This document shows positions 18,401 through 28,204 of a stretch of 64,000 nt of DNA, piece by piece (the stretch's first letter is position 1; the number at the start of each line of letters is the position of its first letter). A model generated the notes under the pieces. The model ran no database searches. It saw nothing but the letters and a program-made list of their open reading frames with translations, and was not told the origin of the DNA. This DNA comes from Deferrisomatales bacterium. GTDB lineage: Bacteria > Desulfobacterota > Deferrisomatia > Deferrisomatales > JARGFW01. The DNA lies in assembly GCA_029211085.1 (NCBI GenBank), contig JARGFW010000003.1, positions 15,938 through 79,937 of the forward strand. The letters are read 5' to 3'. A program made the translations under genes and the position numbers.

Positions 18401-18734
18401 GACGAAGCAGGTGGAGAACGGGGAGGCGGTTGAAGTGCGGAACCTCGGGAAAGGCGATCATTTCGGCGAGATCGCCCTATTCAACGACGACCCGCGCCTG
18501 GTCACCGCCACGGCGAGCACCGACACCCACCTACTGGTCTTGCACAAGGACGAACTGACCGAACTGATCCGTGAGTTTCCCCAGATCGGGCTGCACATCT
18601 GCCGCGCGTTCAGCAAGCAACTGCGCCAGGTTCTGAACCTGGTTGCCGAGCGCCACGGGCCCCGGGGGCTCTCCGACCTCATAAGCAAGGCCGGCGCCTT
18701 GTGTGGGTCACCCTCCACGGGCGACTTGAGCTGA
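15453..18734 (+). CDS. TLC/AAA-family transporter fused to HEAT-like repeats and a C-terminal cyclic-nucleotide-binding domain (paralogue 2)
   Basis: It lies in ORF 15243..18734. I place the start at GTG 15453 (VRKRLLGLL), with GGGGAG upstream, only 36 nt after the ABC ATPase gene. The N-terminal half is collinear with paralogue 1. HEAT-like repeats are present ([15 protein letters not shown]..., [14 protein letters not shown]). The C-terminus has a near-canonical cNMP cassette ([23 protein letters not shown]). Confidence 0.75.
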   Translation: MRKRLLGLLNLTENELALFLWTAALLFFVRSSGIVLNNFAETVFLQRFGVEFLPYVNMGNAAATFLLMGWMSGLLGRFSAAQLLEKMFFFCGISVVFLRLLIPLGLTFVYPVFFILKAQYEVLLALLFWNLANDLFDTRQSKRIFPLVTAGGVVGQILGSFLTPAAARLLSLDNLVYFYLAIVVAGALTTLAMRRKHPSSAFIGEKKESNDKISILDEVRNIIPIIKESHLLKILIALTFIPNVLIPILNYQFNFVVADRFASESGMLDFLSNFRGYLNIVSLLILLFVGKLYGRFGLPIALMFHPINYLLIFASLLLRFDIITASYARLTANIVRTTINAPALAVVTGMFPERYRNQVRPFLRGTVVRVGIVGSSAVILASAPLFHPRYLSLVALPFCLTWIAACVSLKRNYAALLLGIVRDGTLELNSMEEDRVAEYFQDSRVKDTLAQNLAQASEDTKVWHADLLRRVDAARASILIAAVLKREDSEQTCTRLIHLLDSDPDGSVVEKLKTLVDLSRTRQTRALLTALRRFDPASSREVCAHIETLEPPLSIRAHTVADLYATDPQAYGRTVDAWLHSSQRRERAAGAVAAGLIGADYGDTLRGMLDREQDPRVTAKLLQALQQIGMSGLKPLAERFLDHPSPAVRFFALQGYGVGGRSDLRKVVYMFADPSSRVAERARQKVKSAPNLDAQDLFALLDLPHKKVRKGILALLKSINVGEIEVIRFGMKQARTAYQRLAEANALDQLPDSLERNLLQRHLLTLKDEAAETLIRVLQSQNREVGMRTLARGLFTGDERRKANSVEAISQLLAKPLREVLVPILDSTDNDAKLAAGRRHFSLKYYRQETDALVSTLSVSEDCVTSALAYFLSMKEHIPIDLSAAVDLERFESEPICKIAHFLYQSGAGPNTATESAMKNALGLPEKIFLLQNVYVFQGMSVGDLAAVAAVGEEVALQAGQRVFAEGEFADKMFMVATGAVSLTKQVENGEAVEVRNLGKGDHFGEIALFNDDPRLVTATASTDTHLLVLHKDELTELIREFPQIGLHICRAFSKQLRQVLNLVAERHGPRGLSDLISKAGALCGSPSTGDLS

Positions 18735-18870
18735 CGCGCTGCCGTGGGCAGGGCCCAGGAATGCGGCAGCGCAGGCAGGCCCGGCTCGCTTGCGTCGCTG
18801 CTACCTCGCCGACGTGCCCTGCATCCTAGTGACACAACCGTCCCTTTGTTCCTCCCACGAAGGACCCGCC

Positions 18871-21726
<2,856 letters not shown>

Positions 21727-21788
21727 CTGCCTGTCACCGCCGTCAAACCCGGCGTGTTCCCCGCGCCTGCAATCGAAAGGAAGCCTTA

Positions 21789-23090
21789 GTGTCCCTTTCC
21801 TCCACCCCCGACGCCGACCTGCGCATCCTGGGGATCTATCCCCAGGCCCAGAACAACCGCTACATGCTTCGGGTCAAGGTGCCGGGGGGTGCCCTCTCCG
21901 CAGTCCAGGCGCGGCAACTCGCCGATCTCTCCGAGGCGTTCTCCCGGGGGGTGCTGCACCTGACCACCCGGGCCAGCCTCGAACTCCACGACCTGACCCG
22001 GGCCAGCCTGGAACTGGTTCTGCAGCGACTGGACGCCGCCGGCCTCACCTCCCGCGGCGCCTGCGGTGGCGCCGTACGCGGGGTGGCGGTGAGCACCCCG
22101 TTGGCTGAGGCCGCCCCGTCGGCCCGGGCCCTGGCGCGGGCGGTGCACACCCACTTCACCGGCAATTCCACGTTCGAGGGCCTGCCGAAAAAGTTCAAGG
22201 TCGGGGTGGACGCCGGCTACCCGGGGGCCCGCCACCTGATCCAGGATCTGGGGCTGGTGCTCACCTCGCCCCCTGGAGAGCCGGCCCGATGGGATGCCTG
22301 GGTGGCGGGGGGCCTGGGCCGCCAGCCCACCCCGGCGTTCCCCCTGGCTGCCGGGGTGGCCACCGACCGGGTGCTGGCGCTGGCCGAAGCGGCGGTGGAG
22401 GTGTACCGGCGCCACGCCCCGCCCGGCAAACGCCTCAAGCACGTGGCCGAGCAACTGGGCCGCGCGCAATTGGCGGCGGAGATCCACGCCGAGTGGCAGA
22501 AACGGGCGCCTGTGCCCGGGACCACGGTCGGCGAGGAACGGGGCGCCGCCCCCGGCGCCTCGGCCGCCCTGTTGGTGCCCGTGTTCGCCGGCGAACTGCC
22601 TGCCGCCGCCCTGCGCGCCCTGGCCGACGCCAGCGACCAGGTGGGCGCCGGCCGTCTGCTGCTCACCCCCGACCAGGACGTCGCCCTGCCCCTGCCCCGG
22701 GAGGATCGGGCCGAGGAGGTGGCCCGCCGACTGCTCCAGGCGGGCCTGGCGCTGTCTCCCACCGGCCCGGAGGTGCTGCGCATCTGCCCCGGCAGTCACC
22801 AGTGCAAGCTGGGTCTGGCCCCCACCCGCGACCTGGCCCGGGAGCTCATCGACGGCATGGGGCCGAAAGCCGCCGCCAGGGGATGGGCCATCTCCGGCTG
22901 CCCGAACAGCTGTTCCCAGCCCCAGCTGGCCGAGGTCGGGATCGTGTGTGCCAAGCGTGCCCGGGGGGAACGCGCCGAGCGCGAGCCGCGCTTCGATCTC
23001 TGGCGCCGGAAGGGTGAAGGGTTCGGCACCCGGGTGCTGGAGGGAGCCTCCCGGGGCGAGCTGTTCGCCGCCGTCGCGGAACTGGGCTGA
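21789..23090 (+). CDS. Short nitrite/sulfite-reductase-like hemoprotein (NirA/CysI/CobG superfamily)
   Basis: This is the 3' third of ORF 19914..23090. I place the start at GTG 21789, which is preceded by AAAGGAAG. Matching blocks are RYMLRVKVPGG.LS..QARQLADL, HLTTRASLELH and ACGGAVRGV. The siroheme/4Fe-4S Cys set is present: CPGSHQC ... SGCPNSC. Confidence 0.75.
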   Translation: MSLSSTPDADLRILGIYPQAQNNRYMLRVKVPGGALSAVQARQLADLSEAFSRGVLHLTTRASLELHDLTRASLELVLQRLDAAGLTSRGACGGAVRGVAVSTPLAEAAPSARALARAVHTHFTGNSTFEGLPKKFKVGVDAGYPGARHLIQDLGLVLTSPPGEPARWDAWVAGGLGRQPTPAFPLAAGVATDRVLALAEAAVEVYRRHAPPGKRLKHVAEQLGRAQLAAEIHAEWQKRAPVPGTTVGEERGAAPGASAALLVPVFAGELPAAALRALADASDQVGAGRLLLTPDQDVALPLPREDRAEEVARRLLQAGLALSPTGPEVLRICPGSHQCKLGLAPTRDLARELIDGMGPKAAARGWAISGCPNSCSQPQLAEVGIVCAKRARGERAEREPRFDLWRRKGEGFGTRVLEGASRGELFAAVAELG

Positions 23091-23120
23091 GCAGACCAAA
23101 GGCAAGGGCAAAGGGCATTC

Positions 23121-23232
23121 TTGGGCGGGATCGCACAGATCACGCGGATGAAGACCGTAGCATGATTTTGGGTTTGCTGTTCGATCCGTGAGATCCGTGA
23201 ACTCCTGTCAAAAAAGAGAAGGTTTGGACGTT
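23121..23232. repeat. Intergenic element with two TTGGG...GATC-N5-GATC units; homologous to 55706-55765
   Basis: GATC pairs lie at 23129/23138 and 23183/23192, each spaced 9 nt start to start. The stretch TTGGGTTT...GATCCGTGAGATCC...TGTCAAAA...GGTTTGGA recurs nearly unchanged at 55706-55765. Confidence 0.6.
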
Positions 23233-23256
23233 CCCTCCCCTGAGAGCGGAGTTCCC

Positions 23257-24399
23257 ATGGACATCGAGACCCGCCTAGCCCGCGTCGGCTTGGGCTCCGA
23301 CCCCGCCACCGGTGCCGTCAGCACCCCGATCCACCCGTCTTCCACCTACGCCCACCCGGGCCTGGGAGAGACCACCGGGTTCGACTACGCCCGCACCGGC
23401 AACCCCACCCGACAGGTTCTGGAACGGGCCCTGGCCGACCTGGAGGGCGGCGTGGCGGGGTTCGCGTTCGCCTCCGGCATGGCGGCCCTGACCACTTTCT
23501 TCCTGCTGTTTCGGCCGGGGGACCACGTGGTGGTGTCCGACGATCTGTACGGAGGCACCTACCGACTGCTCGAACAGGTGTTCCGCCGTTTCAACGTGCG
23601 GGCCAGCTACGCAGACCTCACCGATCGGGAGGCAGCGGCCACCGCGATCACGTCCGACACCCGGGCCTTGTTGCTGGAGACACCCAGTAACCCGCTGATG
23701 AAGGTGGCGGACCTCGTCGCCCTGGCAGACCTGTCTCGGAGCCGCGGCGTGCTGCTGGCGGTGGACAACACCTTCCTCACCCCCTACTACCAGCGCCCCC
23801 TGGAGCTCGGCGCCGACCTGGTGATCCACAGCGCCACCAAGTATCTGGGCGGCCACAACGACCTGTTGGCCGGGGTCCTGGTAGCGCGGGAGGCCGATCT
23901 GGCGCATCGGCTCGGGTTCCTGCACAACACCACCGGACCGGTGCTGCCGCCCCAGGACTCCTGGCTGCTGCTGCGCAGCCTCAAGACCCTGGGTGTGCGA
24001 CTCAAGCGGCAGTCGGAGAGTGCCGCGCATCTGGCCGGGTTCCTGCGGGAGCAGGCGTCGGTGACCCAGGTCTTCTACCCGGGGTTCGAGGACCATCCCG
24101 GACACCGGGTGATGCGGCGCCAAACCAGCGGCTTCGGCGGCATGCTCAGCTTCCGTCTCGCCGACCCGGAACGCGTGCCGGGGTTCCTGAAGGCCCTGCG
24201 CTGCGTCACCTTCGCCGAGAGCCTGGGCGGGGTGGAGACCCTGGTCACCGTGCCCAGCCGCCAGACCCACTGCGACATCCCTCCCCTGGTCCGGGAACGG
24301 ATGGGGGTCACCGACGACCTCTTGCGCCTGTCGGTGGGTCTGGAGGCTCCCCAAGACCTGATAAAAGATCTGGACCGGGCCCTGAAGGCCGCGCCCTAG
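23257..24399 (+). CDS. PLP-dependent Cys/Met-metabolism enzyme (cystathionine gamma-synthase / beta- or gamma-lyase family)
   Basis: It lies in ORF 23188..24399, starting at ATG 23257 (MDIETRLARVG). It has the PLP-lysine block HSATKYLGGHND and the family-typical blocks STPIHPSSTY and FESLGGVETL-like (FAESLGGVETLV). Confidence 0.85.
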   Translation: MDIETRLARVGLGSDPATGAVSTPIHPSSTYAHPGLGETTGFDYARTGNPTRQVLERALADLEGGVAGFAFASGMAALTTFFLLFRPGDHVVVSDDLYGGTYRLLEQVFRRFNVRASYADLTDREAAATAITSDTRALLLETPSNPLMKVADLVALADLSRSRGVLLAVDNTFLTPYYQRPLELGADLVIHSATKYLGGHNDLLAGVLVAREADLAHRLGFLHNTTGPVLPPQDSWLLLRSLKTLGVRLKRQSESAAHLAGFLREQASVTQVFYPGFEDHPGHRVMRRQTSGFGGMLSFRLADPERVPGFLKALRCVTFAESLGGVETLVTVPSRQTHCDIPPLVRERMGVTDDLLRLSVGLEAPQDLIKDLDRALKAAP

Positions 24400-24499
24400 G
24401 CGAAAGCCCGCAGCACTCCGCTACACCCCCGCGGGCCGGCGTGCGATGGCCTGCTGGCCGGGAGGGTCGGGTGCGGTGGCACAGGGGAAGCGGCGTGGC

Positions 24500-25090
24500 T
24501 CAGGACAGGGTCTTGCGACACCGCAGGGCGGCGACGCCCAGGGTGGTCGGGCCGAGCAGGGCCAGGCCCACCAGCTGGGGCCAGAGGATGTCGATCCCGA
24601 CCCCCTTGAGGAAGATGCCGTGAATGATCACCAGGAAGTAACGCAGGGGGTTCAGGTGGGTGACCCCCTGGATTGGTAACGGCATGTTCTGGATCGCTCC
24701 GTCCGCCGGCATGCCCGCTTTGAGCTCCCCCTCGGGGTTCGCAACCGTCACCGTCACCTTCACCCGGCAGACGAGCTTCACCCGCTCCCGCCGGGGTCTG
24801 GAGCGCCTTGGGGGTGAACTCCGCCGTAGAAGAGATAAAGGAGAAGCGGCCTGCATAGATCCTGCCCGGGTAGCTGTCTGTGGTGAGGTCCACCCGCTGC
24901 CCGAGCTACACGCGACCCAGGTGGGTCTCACGCACGTAGGCCCGCAGCCAGACCCTCGCCAGATCGCCCACGGTGACCTCGATGTACCCGGAAATGCGGA
25001 TCCGGCCCCCGGGCGCGCTGCCGCCGGCCCGCAGGAACAGGTGACCCCTGGCCCCCGATCCTGGTTCAGGCTGTGTCCGCGTGCCACTCT
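24500..25090 (-). pseudogene. Remnant of a HlyD-family membrane-fusion gene joined to the last ~60 codons of an ABC-2 permease gene (frameshifted, internally deleted)
   Basis: Three minus-strand frames carry consecutive HlyD-like pieces. The first is ...IEVTVGDLARVWLRAYVRETHLGRV, ending at 24906. The second is LTTDSYPGRIYAGRFSFISSTAEFTPKALQTP. The third is RVKLVCRVKVTVTVANPEGELKAGMPADGAI. The third piece runs straight into an ABC-2 permease C-terminus (NPLRYFLVIIHGIFLKGVGIDILWPQLVGLALLG...). Confidence 0.6.
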
Positions 25091-25195
25091 CCAGCATCAC
25101 AATTCCCGCCGCGCCACCCCTGCAACCCGGAAGCACACCGGCCGGACCCACGTACGTGGACCCGGCCGGGCAGCGGTTGGACCAACGGCTGAACC

Positions 25196-25570
25196 TCAAC
25201 CAGCGGCGAACACCACCTTGTTCAACACCTCGAGAACCTTCTCCTCCTCGAACGGCTTGAGAATGTAGTGTTTGGCTCCGGCCTTGGCGCACTCCACGAT
25301 CTTGTCCTTACCGGACATGGAGCTGACCATGATCACGGTGGCGTCGGGGTCGATCTTCTTCAGCAATACCAGGGTCTGAATGCCCCCCATCTGCGGCATC
25401 ACCAGATCCAGGGTGACGAAGTCGGGGCGGAACTCCTTGTACTTCTTCACCCCCTCCAGGCCGTTGGCGGCGGTGGCCACCACCTCACAGCCGTGCTTTT
25501 CCAGAATCTTCGACAACTCTTTCTGGATGTAGGGCGAGTCGTCCACCACCATTGCCCGTTTGGCCATCAT
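25196..25570 (-). CDS. Single-domain CheY-like response regulator
   Basis: The start is ATG 25570, with GAGGAGG upstream. Receiver residues are intact: VVDDS, phospho-acceptor TLDLVMP, VSS, KPF. Confidence 0.9.
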   Translation of the reverse strand: MMAKRAMVVDDSPYIQKELSKILEKHGCEVVATAANGLEGVKKYKEFRPDFVTLDLVMPQMGGIQTLVLLKKIDPDATVIMVSSMSGKDKIVECAKAGAKHYILKPFEEEKVLEVLNKVVFAAG

Positions 25571-25616
25571 CGTTCCTCCTCGGTCTCTATCCGCCACACA
25601 CCCGGCGAGCGCCGGG

Positions 25617-26099
25617 TCACGGGGTCTCCCGGGTCAGCGACACCACGACCGTGATCTCCCCCACGGTGGTCTCCAGGGGAATCTGCACGCTCTCTACTCC
25701 CCCATCGAAGCCGAAGCTCACCTCGGGCCCCAGAACCACGGTGGGGGGGGTGATCCCCTCCTGGATGCCCAGGTCGTATAGCAACCCGGTGGCGTTGCCC
25801 ACAATGGTGTTCGCCACCTCGGCCATGATCGCCCGCACATCGTCCTCACCCACCTCTTCGGGCGGGGCCTTGACGATCATCGCCGAAAGGGCCTCGGCCA
25901 CCGGCCGCGGGGCGGTGAAGATCACCGAGCCCGAGAGCCGCCCCTTGAGCCCGATGATGATGCTCAGGTGGTGGTCCACCGTGCTGCCCACACTCTGGCC
26001 CAGGCGGGACACCTTGCCCACCTTCACCTCCGTGCCCGCCATCTTTTGCAGCACCTGCACCGCGGGCACCAGGAACGCGTTGACGTGCTCTGCCTTCAT
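25617..26099 (-). CDS. CheX/CheC-like chemotaxis phosphatase family protein
   Basis: It lies in ORF 25617..26462, starting at ATG 26099 (MKAEHVNAFLVPAV), with GGAAGGAG upstream. It is about 160 aa with a CheX-like layout (..AEVANTIVGNA..). The upstream part of the ORF is Arg/Gly/Pro-rich shadow. Confidence 0.7.
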   Translation of the reverse strand: MKAEHVNAFLVPAVQVLQKMAGTEVKVGKVSRLGQSVGSTVDHHLSIIIGLKGRLSGSVIFTAPRPVAEALSAMIVKAPPEEVGEDDVRAIMAEVANTIVGNATGLLYDLGIQEGITPPTVVLGPEVSFGFDGGVESVQIPLETTVGEITVVVSLTRETP

Positions 26100-26128
26100 C
26101 GGGGCGCTCCTTCCCGGGAACGGGGCCA

Positions 26129-27847
26129 CTACTCCACCGCCTTGGTCACCCGGACGACTTCCTCCAGGGTGGTCTGCCCCGCCACCGCCTTGCGCAGCCC
26201 GTCGAAGCGCAGGTCGCGGAATCCCTTGCCGTACGCCACCCGGCGCAGCTGCGAGGTGCTCGCCTTCTCGATGATCAGCTCGCGAATCTCCTCGTCCACT
26301 TTGAGCACCTCGTGGATACCGGTCCGGCCCCGGTAGCCCGAACCGCTGCAGTAGCCGCACCCCTTGCCGCGGTAGAACGTCACCTGGCCGGCGATGTCCT
26401 GCACTCCGGCCTCGGCGATCTCGGCGGGCAGGGGCGTGTGGGGCGCCTTGCACTGGGGGCACACCCGACGCAGCAGGCGCTGGGCGAGGATGCCCAACAG
26501 GGTCGGCGCCAGCAGGAACGGCGCCACCCCCATCTCCATCAGTCGGGTGATCGAGCTGGGGGCGTCGTTGGTGTGCAGGGTGGACAGCACCAGGTGGCCG
26601 GTGAGTGCCGCCTCGGCGGCAATGGAGCCGGTCTCCGGGTCGCGGATCTCGCCCACCATGATGATGTCCGGGTCCTGGCGCAGAAACGCGCGCAAGGCAC
26701 CGGCGAACGTCAACCCCCGCTTCACGTTGACCGCCACCTGGTTGATCAGGGGGATCTGGTACTCCACCGGGTCCTCGACGGTGACGATGTTCCTCTCGAT
26801 CGAGTTGATGGAGTTGAGCGCCGCGTACAGGGTGGTTGACTTGCCGCTGCCCGTGGGGCCGGTGACCAGCACGATGCCGTTGGGCTGGCGCAGCAGGGAC
26901 TCGAACACCTCCAGGTTGTATTTGGAGAACCCCAGGTCGGTCAGCTCCACCCGCACGCTGCTGCGGTCGAGGATGCGCATGACCACCTTCTCGCCGTAGA
27001 CCACGGGCAGCACGCTGACGCGGAACTCCAGTTCCCGGTCCCCCATCTTGAGCTGTATGCGCCCGTCCTGGGGCCGCTGGCGCTCGGAGATGTCCAACGC
27101 CGAGAGGATCTTCACCCGGCTCGTCACCGCCGCCGAGAGTTGCATGGAGAACGCGAAGCGCTTCTGCATCACCCCATCGATGCGGAAGCGCACCAGCAGG
27201 TGGTCTTCGCCGGGCTCGATGTGGATGTCGCTGGCCCCCTCCCGCACCGCCAATTTGAGGATCTTGTCCACCATCTTGACGATGGGGGCCTCCTCACCGG
27301 CGGCCCGCAGGCTCTCGATGTCGGTCTTGCGCCCTCCCGAATCCACGTCCAGGGCGCCGAGGGTCACCAGGTCGTCGGAGGCCTCCTCTTCGTCGCCCCC
27401 CCCGTAATGGGAGGCGATGCTCTGCAGCACCTGGGTCTCGCTGACCAGCACCGGCTGCACCGGCCGTTTGAGCAGGCCGCTGACCACGTCCACTCCGTCG
27501 ATGCTGGTGGGATCGGAGACCGCCAGGGTGATCTCGTCGCCGATTGCGAACAGGGGCAGCAGTTTGTAGCGGCGGCAGATCTCCTCGGGCACCTGTGCCA
27601 GCAGATCTTCCTGGACCTCCACCTCCTCCAGATCCATCACCGCCAGGTTGAACTGGCGAGCCAGCACCCGCAGGCAGTCCTTCTCGTTGATGTAGCCGTG
27701 GCGCACCAGGTACTTGCCCACGGGCAGGCTGGTCAGGCCCTTGCGGTCCCGCTCGGTCAGCGCCTGCTCCAGTTCCTCCTCACTGAGCACCTGCTCCTCG
27801 ACCATCATCGACCCGAGGCGCCGCTCGACCTTGGTTATCTTGGCCAC
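26129..27847 (-). CDS. GspE/PilB/MshE-family secretion ATPase with T2SSE_N/MshEN-like N-terminal domain
   Basis: This 572-aa protein has a GTG start at 27847. It has Walker A GPTGSGKSTT, Asp/His boxes, and a tetra-Cys motif (CPQCK...CGYCSGSG). The N-terminus (RLGSMMVEEQVLSEEELEQAL...VGKYLVRHGYINEKDCLRVLARQ) resembles the MshEN c-di-GMP motif. Confidence 0.9.
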   Translation of the reverse strand: MAKITKVERRLGSMMVEEQVLSEEELEQALTERDRKGLTSLPVGKYLVRHGYINEKDCLRVLARQFNLAVMDLEEVEVQEDLLAQVPEEICRRYKLLPLFAIGDEITLAVSDPTSIDGVDVVSGLLKRPVQPVLVSETQVLQSIASHYGGGDEEEASDDLVTLGALDVDSGGRKTDIESLRAAGEEAPIVKMVDKILKLAVREGASDIHIEPGEDHLLVRFRIDGVMQKRFAFSMQLSAAVTSRVKILSALDISERQRPQDGRIQLKMGDRELEFRVSVLPVVYGEKVVMRILDRSSVRVELTDLGFSKYNLEVFESLLRQPNGIVLVTGPTGSGKSTTLYAALNSINSIERNIVTVEDPVEYQIPLINQVAVNVKRGLTFAGALRAFLRQDPDIIMVGEIRDPETGSIAAEAALTGHLVLSTLHTNDAPSSITRLMEMGVAPFLLAPTLLGILAQRLLRRVCPQCKAPHTPLPAEIAEAGVQDIAGQVTFYRGKGCGYCSGSGYRGRTGIHEVLKVDEEIRELIIEKASTSQLRRVAYGKGFRDLRFDGLRKAVAGQTTLEEVVRVTKAVE

Positions 27848-27850
27848 GGG

Positions 27851-28204
27851 TCAGTCTCCGAACAGGGAGTCGATGTCATCCTGCGACACCTTCACGTCCG
27901 CGTCCTGCTGCGCCACCTCCTCGGTCTCCCGGGCCGCTTCCAGCAGGTCGGCCATGCCGGCCATTGCGGGGCCGGCGTCCGGCGCCGGGGCGGGAACGGC
28001 GGGGGCGACCGGCCGAGCGGCGGACGGGCGGAGTTCCGGCCGGGGGGGAGCGTCGCCCAGGGGGCTGCCGCAACCGCCGCAGTAGTGGTCTGCCAGCCCG
28101 TTGCGGAAGCCACATCGGGGGCAGAACCGCACCAGCGGGCTGCCGCAGGCACCGCAGTAGTTGCGGCCGTCGGCACAGGGGTGTTTGCAGTGGGGACAGT
28201 TCAT
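27851..28204 (-). CDS. Double zinc-ribbon protein with Pro/Ala-rich linker and acidic C-terminal SQDDIDSLF peptide
   Basis: This 117-aa protein starts at ATG 28204, overlapping the upstream TGA (ATGA). Zinc-ribbon Cys pairs are CPHC..CGAC and CPRC..CGGC. The C-terminus is ...VKVSQDDIDSLFGD. Confidence 0.75.
   Translation of the reverse strand: MNCPHCKHPCADGRNYCGACGSPLVRFCPRCGFRNGLADHYCGGCGSPLGDAPPRPELRPSAARPVAPAVPAPAPDAGPAMAGMADLLEAARETEEVAQQDADVKVSQDDIDSLFGD

Noticed and set aside
23091-23256. A possible SAM-type riboswitch or MetJ boxes upstream of the cystathionine-enzyme gene.
   Set aside because: I could not fit the sequence to SAM-I, SAM-II, SAM-SAH or SAH consensus features. The tandem repeat unit is 9 nt (GATCCGTGA), not the 8-nt MetJ box. 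It is reported instead as an unexplained GATC-pair element.
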